Source: an uncultured Acidobacteriota bacterium
GTDB taxonomy: Bacteria > Acidobacteriota > Thermoanaerobaculia > UBA5066
NCBI GenBank assembly: GCA_963779415.1
Contig: CAVZYA010000001.1
Span: 544,001 to 608,000 of the forward strand
Direction of reading: 5' to 3'
Length of the DNA: 64,000 nucleotides
The position numbers were made by a program, and so were the translations under genes. The notes beneath the pieces were generated by a model, which was not told where the DNA came from, searched no databases, and was given only the letters and a program-made list of their open reading frames with translations. Of the stretch, positions 1 through 7,957 are shown piece after piece (the stretch's first letter is position 1; every line of letters begins with the position of its first letter).

Positions 1-1
1 G

Positions 2-853
2 CGACCCCACGGCGGCCATCCGCTCCGAATGGACGAGACGCTCCTGATGGGCCTTGAGCTCGTGAAGCGTGCGGTTCATCGCCATGGCGAGGTTCGAGAA
101 CTCGTCGCGATACTTGCGAACCGGCGTGATCGGGGAATAGTCCCCCGTTCCGATCCGCTCCATGTACCTCATGAAGCGCCCGAGCGGCTGAAGGACCGTC
201 CGGGCGAGAAAAGCGGCCACGAGGACCATCGTGAGAACCATGAAGACGAGAAAGCCGACGGCGGAGACCAGGGCGGTGTTCAGCGCGGCGTGCACCGCCA
301 GGCGCTCCTGGTCGAGCGTCTCCTCGGCATCCAGCACGATCTGGGCGCCGTGCTGCCGGAGAAGGGTTTGGATACTCAGGCGTTCCTCCGCCGGCCGGTC
401 TGCCGGCGCCTGCGTGAGGTGCAGGAGTCGTTCCAGGCTCGTCTCGTACAGCGTCAGACTCGCGCGCATGGCGGCGAGCTTCTTCGCGCCGAGGACCGAC
501 TCCAGCTCCTGCCGGTTGCGCTCGAGATAGGCGTCCGCCAGGTGGACGCTGCTCAACGCGTCGTCGAGGTTCGTGCCATAGAGAAAGAAGTTCTTCTCGT
601 ACCGGCGCGCCTGCTGGATCTCGAACTCGTAGCCGGCCGCCCGCTCGAGAAATCCCTGCTTCACCTTGAGGTTCGAGATGAGCACCACGGCCATCACCGT
701 GATGGCGGCGAGAAGAAGGAACAGGGCGCCGAAAGCCGCCGCGATGCGCGCCGCCACGCTGAACCGCGGACGTTGAAAAAGCGCACGCTGCGCCTCGACC
801 TCCGCTCCTTCTCCCGCGACCTTCGGTCGGGGCATGGACTCCGGAGAGGTCAT
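2..853 (-). CDS. Membrane HAMP sensor histidine kinase, N-terminal part (runs off the left edge)
   Basis: Not in the ORF track; translated by hand: MTSPESMPRPK..., TM1 (FGALFLLLAAITVMAVVLI), periplasmic region (RRYEKNFFLY), TM2, HAMP (QPLGRF...RDEFSNLAMAMN), then LVHSERMAAVGS, which typically precedes the HisKA H-box. GGAGG upstream of ATG 853. Confidence 0.85.
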   Translation of the reverse strand, partial: MTSPESMPRPKVAGEGAEVEAQRALFQRPRFSVAARIAAAFGALFLLLAAITVMAVVLISNLKVKQGFLERAAGYEFEIQQARRYEKNFFLYGTNLDDALSSVHLADAYLERNRQELESVLGAKKLAAMRASLTLYETSLERLLHLTQAPADRPAEERLSIQTLLRQHGAQIVLDAEETLDQERLAVHAALNTALVSAVGFLVFMVLTMVLVAAFLARTVLQPLGRFMRYMERIGTGDYSPITPVRKYRDEFSNLAMAMNRTLHELKAHQERLVHSERMAAVGS

Positions 854-1036
854 GCGCGGAAGACCTCCGGGAGACGGAAGACGGGCGCGACCCGGGCCCA
901 GAACACGTTTTCAGATCGTGGCACCGTTTCATGCGGACGTCCACCGTCTCCCGCGTCGGAGGGTTCCAAAAAGCCGGTACGCCACGACTTCGTGGAAGAC
1001 GGGACGACGCCCGCTCCTGATCTATCATCGGGTCCG

Positions 1037-1894
1037 GTGACCACGATGGTGCTGCAGGCCGTCGCGTCGGGAGTGGCGCTCGGTCTGATCTATGCCGGCG
1101 TCGGGGCCGGTCTCTCCCTGATCCTCGCGACCGGTCGGCTGACGAACCTCGCGCACGGAGAGTTCGTCCTCGCCGGCGGCTACATCCTTTACGCCCTCTG
1201 CCATGGTATCGGGTGGCCCTGGCCGGCCGCTCTCGCCGTGGCGGCTCTCGGCGGCGCCCTCCTGGGCGGGGCTCTTCCCCCCTTCGTCCGACGGCTTCCA
1301 AGGCGGGAGGTGGACGGTCTCGCTTTTACCCTCGGCGTGGCTTTCATCCTCCAGAACCTCCTTCTTCTCGGGGCCACCGCGACGTACCGTGTGATTCCCG
1401 GAGGTTACTGGCTCCGGACAGTCCCCTTCGGGCCGGTGATTCTGAGCCGGGTCTCTCTCGCGGCCGCGGGGGCGGCCGCGGCCGCACTCGTCGGACTCGA
1501 CCTCTGGCTCCGCTTCAGCTGGACCGGATCGGGCCTCCGGGCCGTCAGTCAGTCCCGGCCGGCGGCCGCCAGTCTCGGGATCTCCCCCGCCCGGATGGAG
1601 CGGATTGCCTTTCTCGCCGGTGGCGCGACCGCGGCGGCTGCCGGAGGACTTGTTCTTCTGACCCGATTCCTGACGCCGGGAGAAGGTCCCGCCTGGACGC
1701 TCGTGGCTCTTGCGGTCGCTTTCCTCGGCGGCCGGCCGGCCGCAGGGGCGCTCATGGCGGCCGGAGTCGGGCTCGGCGTCGCGGAGTCCCTCGCCACGGT
1801 TCTCGCGGGAGGAGCGTGGCGGGAGGTCGTGGTGAGCGCGTCGGTCCTCCTCTGGCTTCTCGTCCGCGGGAGAACTCTCCTCACCGATGCGTGA
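1037..1894 (+). CDS. livH: Branched-chain amino acid-type ABC permease (LivH-like)
   Basis: C-terminal part of ORF 29..1894: GLIYAGVGAGLSLI...NLAHGEF, GLRAVSQSRPAAASLGI. Start GTG 1037 or ATG 1046. Confidence 0.85.
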   Translation: MTTMVLQAVASGVALGLIYAGVGAGLSLILATGRLTNLAHGEFVLAGGYILYALCHGIGWPWPAALAVAALGGALLGGALPPFVRRLPRREVDGLAFTLGVAFILQNLLLLGATATYRVIPGGYWLRTVPFGPVILSRVSLAAAGAAAAALVGLDLWLRFSWTGSGLRAVSQSRPAAASLGISPARMERIAFLAGGATAAAAGGLVLLTRFLTPGEGPAWTLVALAVAFLGGRPAAGALMAAGVGLGVAESLATVLAGGAWREVVVSASVLLWLLVRGRTLLTDA

Positions 1895-3509
1895 GGGGAC
1901 GCGCTTCTTCGTCCTCTGGGCGGTCGTTTTCTCGGCCGCAGGCATCGTCGCCGCGTCGACGGGCCGGTACGGCCTCAACGTCGTCGCCTTCGGATTCCTC
2001 TACGCCGTTCTCGCCACGAGCTGGAGCTGGCTGCGGGCGGCTGGGCTTCTTTCGCTCGGGCAGGCGGCCTTCTTCGGGGCCGGAGCGCTGACGCAGGCCT
2101 GGCTGGTCACTGCGGAACGGATCTCCCCGTGGCTCGCCCTCTGCGCGAGTGCCGCCGCCGGCGCTCTCGCCGCGCTCCCCCTGATCCCGGCTCTTCGCCT
2201 GAGGCCGGCAAGCTTCGGCCTCGCGACACTCTCCTATGCCCTTCTCCTGAGGGGTCTCGCGGGGGGCGTCCTCGCTTTCGGCATGGAGGGATTCCTTCTT
2301 CCGAAGGTGCCGGGCTTCGAGGGGGCGGCGCCCGCGGCCGTGGCGACGCTTGGAGTGCTGGCCCTCGCCTCGAGCCTCGGTTACGAGGCGTTCCTCCGGC
2401 GGCCGGGGGGCCGGGCCGCGGCCGCCATCCGCCAGTCCCCGGCGACGACCTCGAGCCTCGGCATCGACCTCGTCGGAGAGCGCTGGCGTCCGCTGGTCCT
2501 GAGCGCCGCCGCCACCGGACTCTCGGGAGCCCTTTACGCACACTTGACCGGGAGCGTCGAGACGGCCGTCGTCTTCTCACCCACCTTCTCGATTCTGCCG
2601 CTCGTTTTCGGAATGCTCGGGGGCGCCCTCCACCCGCTGGGAGGAATCCTCGGAACGCTCCTCCTCTACCCGTTCGACGAAATGCTCCTCAGGCAAGCCC
2701 TCCCCCAGGCTCATCTGCTGGCCTACGGGCTCATTCTCTGCGGTCTGTTGATGGTGAGGCCCGAGGGGATCCTCCGACAGAGGGTTCCGGCGGTCCCGCC
2801 GCAGACGACACCGAGGCGCCGACGACAGGAGCCCTTCGCTCTGGCCGTCCAGGACGTGACCGTCCGCCGCGGAGGGATCCCCGTCCTCAGGAACGTCAGC
2901 TTCACGGTCGAGCCGGGAGAGATCCTCCGGGTGGTCGGGTCCAACGGGGCCGGCAAGACCTCGCTGCTGCTGGCCATCGCTGGAGGAATTCCGATCGCAA
3001 GAGGAGCCATCCTCTTCGGCGGAGCGCCGTCTCCCCGGGGTGCCGCCGCACGGGCGCGGCGCGGCGTGGGCCGGTCGTTCCAGGCTCCCCGCCCCTTTCC
3101 GGAGTGGACGGTTCGAGAGAACGTGGCGCTCGCCGCCGAGCGAGGCGGAACCCGGGTCGACGTGGACCGCCTCCTCTCGGAGCTTCGGCTCGCCGCCCTG
3201 GAGGACCGCCCCGCCGGCCAGTTGAGCCTCGGAGAGGGAAAGCGACTGGAATTCGCGAGGGTTCTCGCGGCGGATCCGGCGCTCCTCCTCCTCGACGAGC
3301 CCCTGGCGGGCCTCAGTCCCGAGGCGGCCGAGCACGTCTCGGGCCTCATCGATCGGGCGCGGCGGCAGGGCGCCGCCGTCGTCTGGGTCGAGCACGGTCC
3401 GGCCGCGGGGAAGCTCGCGGACCGCCTTATCGTCCTCGAGAGGGGGCAGATCCGATTCCGCGGATCGGTCGCGGAATGGGAAGCCGCACGTCTGGAGCCT
3501 TCGTCGTGA
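1887..3509 (+). CDS. Fused LivM-like permease + LivG-like ATPase
   Basis: N-terminal TM domain (SLGQAAFFGAGA); C-terminal Walker A GSNGAGKT, signature LSLGE, Walker B LLLDEP, VEH. Confidence 0.85.
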   Translation: MREGTRFFVLWAVVFSAAGIVAASTGRYGLNVVAFGFLYAVLATSWSWLRAAGLLSLGQAAFFGAGALTQAWLVTAERISPWLALCASAAAGALAALPLIPALRLRPASFGLATLSYALLLRGLAGGVLAFGMEGFLLPKVPGFEGAAPAAVATLGVLALASSLGYEAFLRRPGGRAAAAIRQSPATTSSLGIDLVGERWRPLVLSAAATGLSGALYAHLTGSVETAVVFSPTFSILPLVFGMLGGALHPLGGILGTLLLYPFDEMLLRQALPQAHLLAYGLILCGLLMVRPEGILRQRVPAVPPQTTPRRRRQEPFALAVQDVTVRRGGIPVLRNVSFTVEPGEILRVVGSNGAGKTSLLLAIAGGIPIARGAILFGGAPSPRGAAARARRGVGRSFQAPRPFPEWTVRENVALAAERGGTRVDVDRLLSELRLAALEDRPAGQLSLGEGKRLEFARVLAADPALLLLDEPLAGLSPEAAEHVSGLIDRARRQGAAVVWVEHGPAAGKLADRLIVLERGQIRFRGSVAEWEAARLEPSS

Positions 3510-4210
3510 ACGCCCGCCTCGAGACGCGCGAGCTCACCGGCGGCTACCCCGGGGTGAGCGTTTTCTCGGATGTCGGGCTCTCCGTCGAACCCGGCGAGGT
3601 CCTGACGATCCTGGGGGCCAACGGATCCGGGAAGTCCGCGCTTCTCGAGACGCTCCAGGGCCTCCTTCACCCCCGCCACGGGGCCATTCTTCTGGACGGC
3701 GAGCCGGTGCAGGATCTTCCGCCCGAGGTCCGCGCCGCACGCGGAATGAGCCTCGTCTCGGATCGTCGCCGTCTCTGGAAGGAGATGACCGTCCGGGAGC
3801 ATCTGCGGGTCGGCGCATACCGCCGGGCCGCGCGGGGCGGCTGGCGACGCCGTGAAGCATTCTTCCGGAATCTCTTCCCGGCTCTTTCCGGGAAACGCGG
3901 GGCGCGACCGGGGCAGCTGAGCAGCGGTCTCCAGCAGCAGCTCGCGCTGGCCCGATTCGGAATGTCGTCCCCGCGCGTCTGGCTCCTCGACGATCCTCTC
4001 CGGGGCCTCGACGAGTCGGCGTCGAGGCGCGCGCTCGAATGGATACGGGATTCGGCCGGCGGCGGCGCCGCCGTCGTCCTGACGGGCCAGAACGTTCCGG
4101 CGCTCCTCGGCGTCGCCACGAAGGCGATGCTGCTCGAAGAGAGCCGCCTCTCCCCGATCCCCTCCGGTGCCGACGGCCTGCGGGACCCGCGGGTGCGCCG
4201 GCTGCTCTGA
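3506..4210 (+). CDS. livF: LivF-like ABC ATPase with degenerate motifs
   Basis: GTGA overlap with the upstream stop; Walker A GANGSGKS, signature LSSGLQQ, Walker B WLLDDP. Confidence 0.8.
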   Translation: MNARLETRELTGGYPGVSVFSDVGLSVEPGEVLTILGANGSGKSALLETLQGLLHPRHGAILLDGEPVQDLPPEVRAARGMSLVSDRRRLWKEMTVREHLRVGAYRRAARGGWRRREAFFRNLFPALSGKRGARPGQLSSGLQQQLALARFGMSSPRVWLLDDPLRGLDESASRRALEWIRDSAGGGAAVVLTGQNVPALLGVATKAMLLEESRLSPIPSGADGLRDPRVRRLL

Positions 4211-4247
4211 ATTCCCGGCGGAGAAGAGTCGTATAGTCGTCGCCACC

Positions 4248-4658
4248 ATGAGTGAGCCTCTCCTCAATTCAACGGCGTCCGCGCGCCTCAAGGTGGCGCC
4301 CTCCGACCTCGCCAACACCCTGAATTTCGAGCCCGGGGACTCGTTCCCGCCGGTGTTCGCCACCTCCCGCATGGTGGCTCTGATGGAGGTGGCCGCCGCC
4401 CGGGTTCTCGGCCCCCATCTGGCAGCGGGCGAAGTCTCCGTGGGCGTCTCCATCGATGTCGTCCACACGGCCGCCACTCCCCCGGGCGCCACGGTGACCG
4501 CCACGGCGAAGTTCGTCGGACGGGACGGAAAGCTCTTCCTCTTCGAACTCTCGGCGGCGGACGACGCGGGTGAAATCGGAAAAGGGACTCACAAACGGGC
4601 GATCGTCGCGTCGGAGAGGATCGTCGCCGGCGCGGCCAAGCGCCGAGCGCAGAGCTGA
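4248..4658 (+). CDS. Hotdog thioesterase, fluoroacetyl-CoA thioesterase (FlK)-like
   Basis: VFATSRMVALME...VVHTAATPPG matches the FlK Thr/Glu/His motif pattern. Confidence 0.8.
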   Translation: MSEPLLNSTASARLKVAPSDLANTLNFEPGDSFPPVFATSRMVALMEVAAARVLGPHLAAGEVSVGVSIDVVHTAATPPGATVTATAKFVGRDGKLFLFELSAADDAGEIGKGTHKRAIVASERIVAGAAKRRAQS

Positions 4659-4666
4659 ACCGCCGG

Positions 4667-6697
4667 TCAGTCCGCCCTACCGAGGACGACCCGCGCATCC
4701 ACGACCGTGAGCCCGCTCTCGTGAACGAGGACCGGATTCAGGTCCATCTCGTCGATCTCGGGGTGCCGCGCCACGAGGTCCGAGAGCTGCACGAGAAGGC
4801 GGCGCAGGGCCGACACGTCGGCCGGCCTCGCTCCGCGGACCCCTTTGAGCAGCTTCGCTCCCCGGGTCTCCTCGATCATCTCGGCCGCGTCTTTCTCTCC
4901 GAACGGCACGATCCGGAAGGAGACGTCCTTGAAGAGCTCCACGAGAGTCCCCCCCATGCCGAACATGACGGCATGCCCGAACTGGAGATCGCGGGTCACC
5001 CCGACGATGACCTCCGGTCCGGCCGCGGACATGGCGCTCACGAGGACTCCCCCGTCCCGCGCGCCGATTCGCTTCACGATGCCGCCGATCTCCCGGAAGG
5101 CCTTCCGGACTCCCGACTCGTCTCTCACGTTCAGGATCACTCCCCCGACGTCGCTCTTGTGCGTCACGTCGACGGAGTTCATCTTCACCGCGACGGGGTA
5201 TCCGATCTCCCCCGCCGCCCGGACGGCCTCCTCCTCGTTCCCAGCCTGCCGCGAGGAAACGACCGGCAACCCCTCGCGCACGAGAAAGCTGATGGAGTCT
5301 GCCGGGGAGAGTGACCTCGCGGCGGACGACGGAGCCGATGCCACGGCCGCCGGGGCCGCCTCCACCGTCCGGGGCCAGCGGTCGCCGGCGAAGCGGACAT
5401 GGCAGGAGAGCGCCTTGACGGCGCGCTCCGGCGTCGGAAAGACGGCGATTCCCTTCTCGTGAAGGAGAAGCCGCTCGGCGCGCTCCACGTCGGCGCCGCC
5501 AAGGAACGCGACGAGGTCGTTCCGGCCCGGCTCCAGGGCCGTCGAGGCGTTTGCGATCGGATCCCCGAAGATCGTCAGAACGACGTCGTAGTGATCCCGT
5601 GACGTCGCGATGACTTTCCGGAAACAGTCGGCGTCGCCGTCGCCCGTCAGGTCGAGGGGGTTCCCGACGATGAAATGGGATGGCAGCGTCCGCCGCAGCT
5701 CCGAAGCCAGGGCCGCGGGGAGCGGGCTCACGTGGAAACCGTTGTCCGCCGCGACGTCGGTGGCGATGATGGCCGAGCCTCCGGAGCTGGTGACGATCAG
5801 CATCCGGGGGCCCGCGGGTGCGGGAACGTAGGCGAGGGCCTTGGAAAAATCGTAGAGCTCCTCGAGGGAGGCCGCGCGGTGGATCCCGTACTGCCGGAAG
5901 ACCGCGTCGTAGATCTCGTCCTTCGTGGCGAGCGTCCGGGTGTGCGATTCGGCGGCCTTGCGTCCCTGATCGGTCCGGCCGGCCTTGAAGATGACGATGG
6001 GCTTGCGGCATTCCTTCACGGCGGCCAGGAACCGTTTGGGGTCGCGTATGCCTTCGATGTAAAGGGTGATCACCTTCGTGTTCGGATCGGACGCGAAGAA
6101 GGTGATCAGGTCGGCCTCGTCCACGTCGATCCGGTTCCCCATGCTCACGAAGGCCGAAAAGCCGAGCCTCTCCTCGGCCGCCCAGTCGATCAGCGCCGCC
6201 CCGACGGTTCCGCTCTGAGACGCGATGGCCATCGCCCCTTTCCGCGTGATGAGCGGCCAGGAGGCGCAGAGGCCGTGGTGGGGGTAGTTCACTCCCTGGC
6301 AGTTCGGACCGACGACGCGGATGCCGCACCGGGTGGCGTTCTTCTTCAGCTCTTCCTGAAGGCGGGCCCCGTCCGACCCCGATTCGGCGAAACCTCCCGT
6401 GATGACGATGGCCGCCCGGACCTTCCGTTCGCCGAGCTGAAGGATCGTCTCGGGGACGGAGAGGGCCGGAACGATGACGACGGCCAGGTCCGTTCCGGAC
6501 GGGATCTCCCCCACCGACCGGACGGACGGCGTTCCGAGAATCGTCTCCCCCTTCGGATTCACGGGGGTGACGGGCCCGGCGAAGCCCGCGTCGAGGATGT
6601 TCTTCAGGATCTGGTACCCGAGCTTCCCCGGTTTCGCGGAGGCGCCGATGACGGCAAGGCCGTTCGGCCGAAAGAGAGCCTGCAGGGAGTCGTTCAT
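4667..6697 (-). CDS. ADP-forming acetate/acyl-CoA ligase, fused alpha-beta (ACD)
   Basis: CoA-binding AVIGAS, GPNCQG, SQSG, catalytic AESHT, ATP-grasp HKSDVGGV, DLNPV; both phospho-His positions present. Confidence 0.9.
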   Translation of the reverse strand: MNDSLQALFRPNGLAVIGASAKPGKLGYQILKNILDAGFAGPVTPVNPKGETILGTPSVRSVGEIPSGTDLAVVIVPALSVPETILQLGERKVRAAIVITGGFAESGSDGARLQEELKKNATRCGIRVVGPNCQGVNYPHHGLCASWPLITRKGAMAIASQSGTVGAALIDWAAEERLGFSAFVSMGNRIDVDEADLITFFASDPNTKVITLYIEGIRDPKRFLAAVKECRKPIVIFKAGRTDQGRKAAESHTRTLATKDEIYDAVFRQYGIHRAASLEELYDFSKALAYVPAPAGPRMLIVTSSGGSAIIATDVAADNGFHVSPLPAALASELRRTLPSHFIVGNPLDLTGDGDADCFRKVIATSRDHYDVVLTIFGDPIANASTALEPGRNDLVAFLGGADVERAERLLLHEKGIAVFPTPERAVKALSCHVRFAGDRWPRTVEAAPAAVASAPSSAARSLSPADSISFLVREGLPVVSSRQAGNEEEAVRAAGEIGYPVAVKMNSVDVTHKSDVGGVILNVRDESGVRKAFREIGGIVKRIGARDGGVLVSAMSAAGPEVIVGVTRDLQFGHAVMFGMGGTLVELFKDVSFRIVPFGEKDAAEMIEETRGAKLLKGVRGARPADVSALRRLLVQLSDLVARHPEIDEMDLNPVLVHESGLTVVDARVVLGRAD

Positions 6698-6808
6698 GTC
6701 GCTCCTCGAGAATGCCGCGCCTCGAAGTCTATCGCGGCGGAACGTCCCTCGCCGGCTCCGTCAGCAGCCGCTCACGTCTCGTCAGGCCGTCCGAGCGCGG
6801 CGGCCGGG

Positions 6809-7486
6809 CTACGCCCCGGGGGGCGAAAGGAAGCTCTCGAGCCGATCCTCATTCAGGATGAAGTGGCCCCCCTCTCGCTTGAGAAGGCCCATCTGCCTGA
6901 ACCTGTTCACCTGCGTCGTGACCGTCTCGCGGGTGGTCCCGATCAGCTTGGCCAGGTCCTCGTGGGTCAGCCGGAGGGGAATCAGCGTCCCTCCGGCCGT
7001 CCTCACGCCGTGCTCCCTCCCGACCTGGAGCAGGACTTTCCCGAGCCTTTGGTACGACCACGTGTGGCCGAAAGCCGCGTACCCCTGCTCGATCTTGACG
7101 AGCCGCTTCGACAGGAGGCGGATGAAGTTCCGGGCGACCGCTGGAAAGGCGGACAGAATCTCCTCGAGGCTCTTCCTCGGGATGACGGTGACGACGACCT
7201 CCGTCTTCGTCACGGCGTCGAAGGCCCGCTTCTCCTCCGCGAAGAGAAGCTCGCCGAAGATCTCTCCCGGCTTCAGGATGTGGAGGGTGGTCTCGCCCCC
7301 TCTGCCCGAGACCGAGACGAGCTTCACGATGCCCTCCGCGACGATGAACATGGCGTCCGCGCGGTCTCCCTCCGAAAAAACCGGGACTCCCTTCGCATAA
7401 CGCCGCTCGCCAAAAATCCGCGTGATCCGGCGCATCTCCTCGTCGGCCACTCCCCGGAACAGCTCAAGGGCCGTCGGGCGCACCAC
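6809..7486 (-). CDS. Crp/Fnr family transcriptional regulator
   Basis: cNMP domain (GEIFGEL...R) and HTH LTHEDLAKLIGTTRETVT; no N-terminal FNR cysteines. Confidence 0.9.
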   Translation of the reverse strand: MVRPTALELFRGVADEEMRRITRIFGERRYAKGVPVFSEGDRADAMFIVAEGIVKLVSVSGRGGETTLHILKPGEIFGELLFAEEKRAFDAVTKTEVVVTVIPRKSLEEILSAFPAVARNFIRLLSKRLVKIEQGYAAFGHTWSYQRLGKVLLQVGREHGVRTAGGTLIPLRLTHEDLAKLIGTTRETVTTQVNRFRQMGLLKREGGHFILNEDRLESFLSPPGA

Positions 7487-7636
7487 AGCTCCCGAGTCTA
7501 GGGGCCCGGCTTGAGCCTTTCAACCGCCCGCCAGAAACACGAACGCCGATGACGTCCCCCCAAGAACGTCCCGGCGGTTCGTGTCTCGTCGTTCACGCCA
7601 CATTGCGAGACATGTCGAATCGGAATCTGACGGGCC

Positions 7637-7849
7637 TCAGGCCGCGCGGCGCATTTCGACGTCACGGGGGAGGAAATCGACCAGCTCCGACTCTGAAGAG
7701 GACGACTCCGTCCAGAAGAACCTCTTTCCGGCCTTTTCCTTGTCGGCGAGAGAGCCGAGAAGAATCCCTTCGACGGCGATGACGAGAAGCGCCAGGGCGG
7801 CAAGAACAACTCCCGGCCCGACGGTGAGTTCCGTAAGAATGCCTTCCAT
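7637..7849 (-). CDS. Small single-TM hypothetical protein (70 aa)
   Basis: Purine-rich RBS-like sequence before ATG; hydrophobic VVLAALALLVIAV followed by a charged tail; fills the intergenic gap. Confidence 0.45.
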   Translation of the reverse strand: MEGILTELTVGPGVVLAALALLVIAVEGILLGSLADKEKAGKRFFWTESSSSESELVDFLPRDVEMRRAA

Positions 7850-7908
7850 CTATCTCACCCCCTTTCCAACTCTCCAACCGGAATATGGTTCCCGCGATGA
7901 AAACTGTC

Positions 7909-7924
7909 TGTGCGACCTTTCACA
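7909..7924. promoter_or_regulatory. CRP/FNR-type (or Rex-type) palindromic operator TGTGC-N6-TCACA
   Basis: TGTGCGACCTTTCACA, 9/10 match to TGTGA-N6-TCACA, in the divergent intergenic region near the Crp/Fnr gene. Confidence 0.6.
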
Positions 7925-7957
7925 ACCCTCTCGGAAAGGAAGCTAGACTCGCCCCGC

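Noticed and set aside
919-934. TGGCACCGTTTCATGC as a sigma54 promoter
   Set aside because: GG-to-GC spacing is 11 nt rather than the required 10.
29-1036. N-terminal ~336 aa of ORF 29..1894 as part of LivH
   Set aside because: It is the antisense shadow of the minus-strand kinase plus intergenic DNA; LivH similarity starts at 1037/1046.
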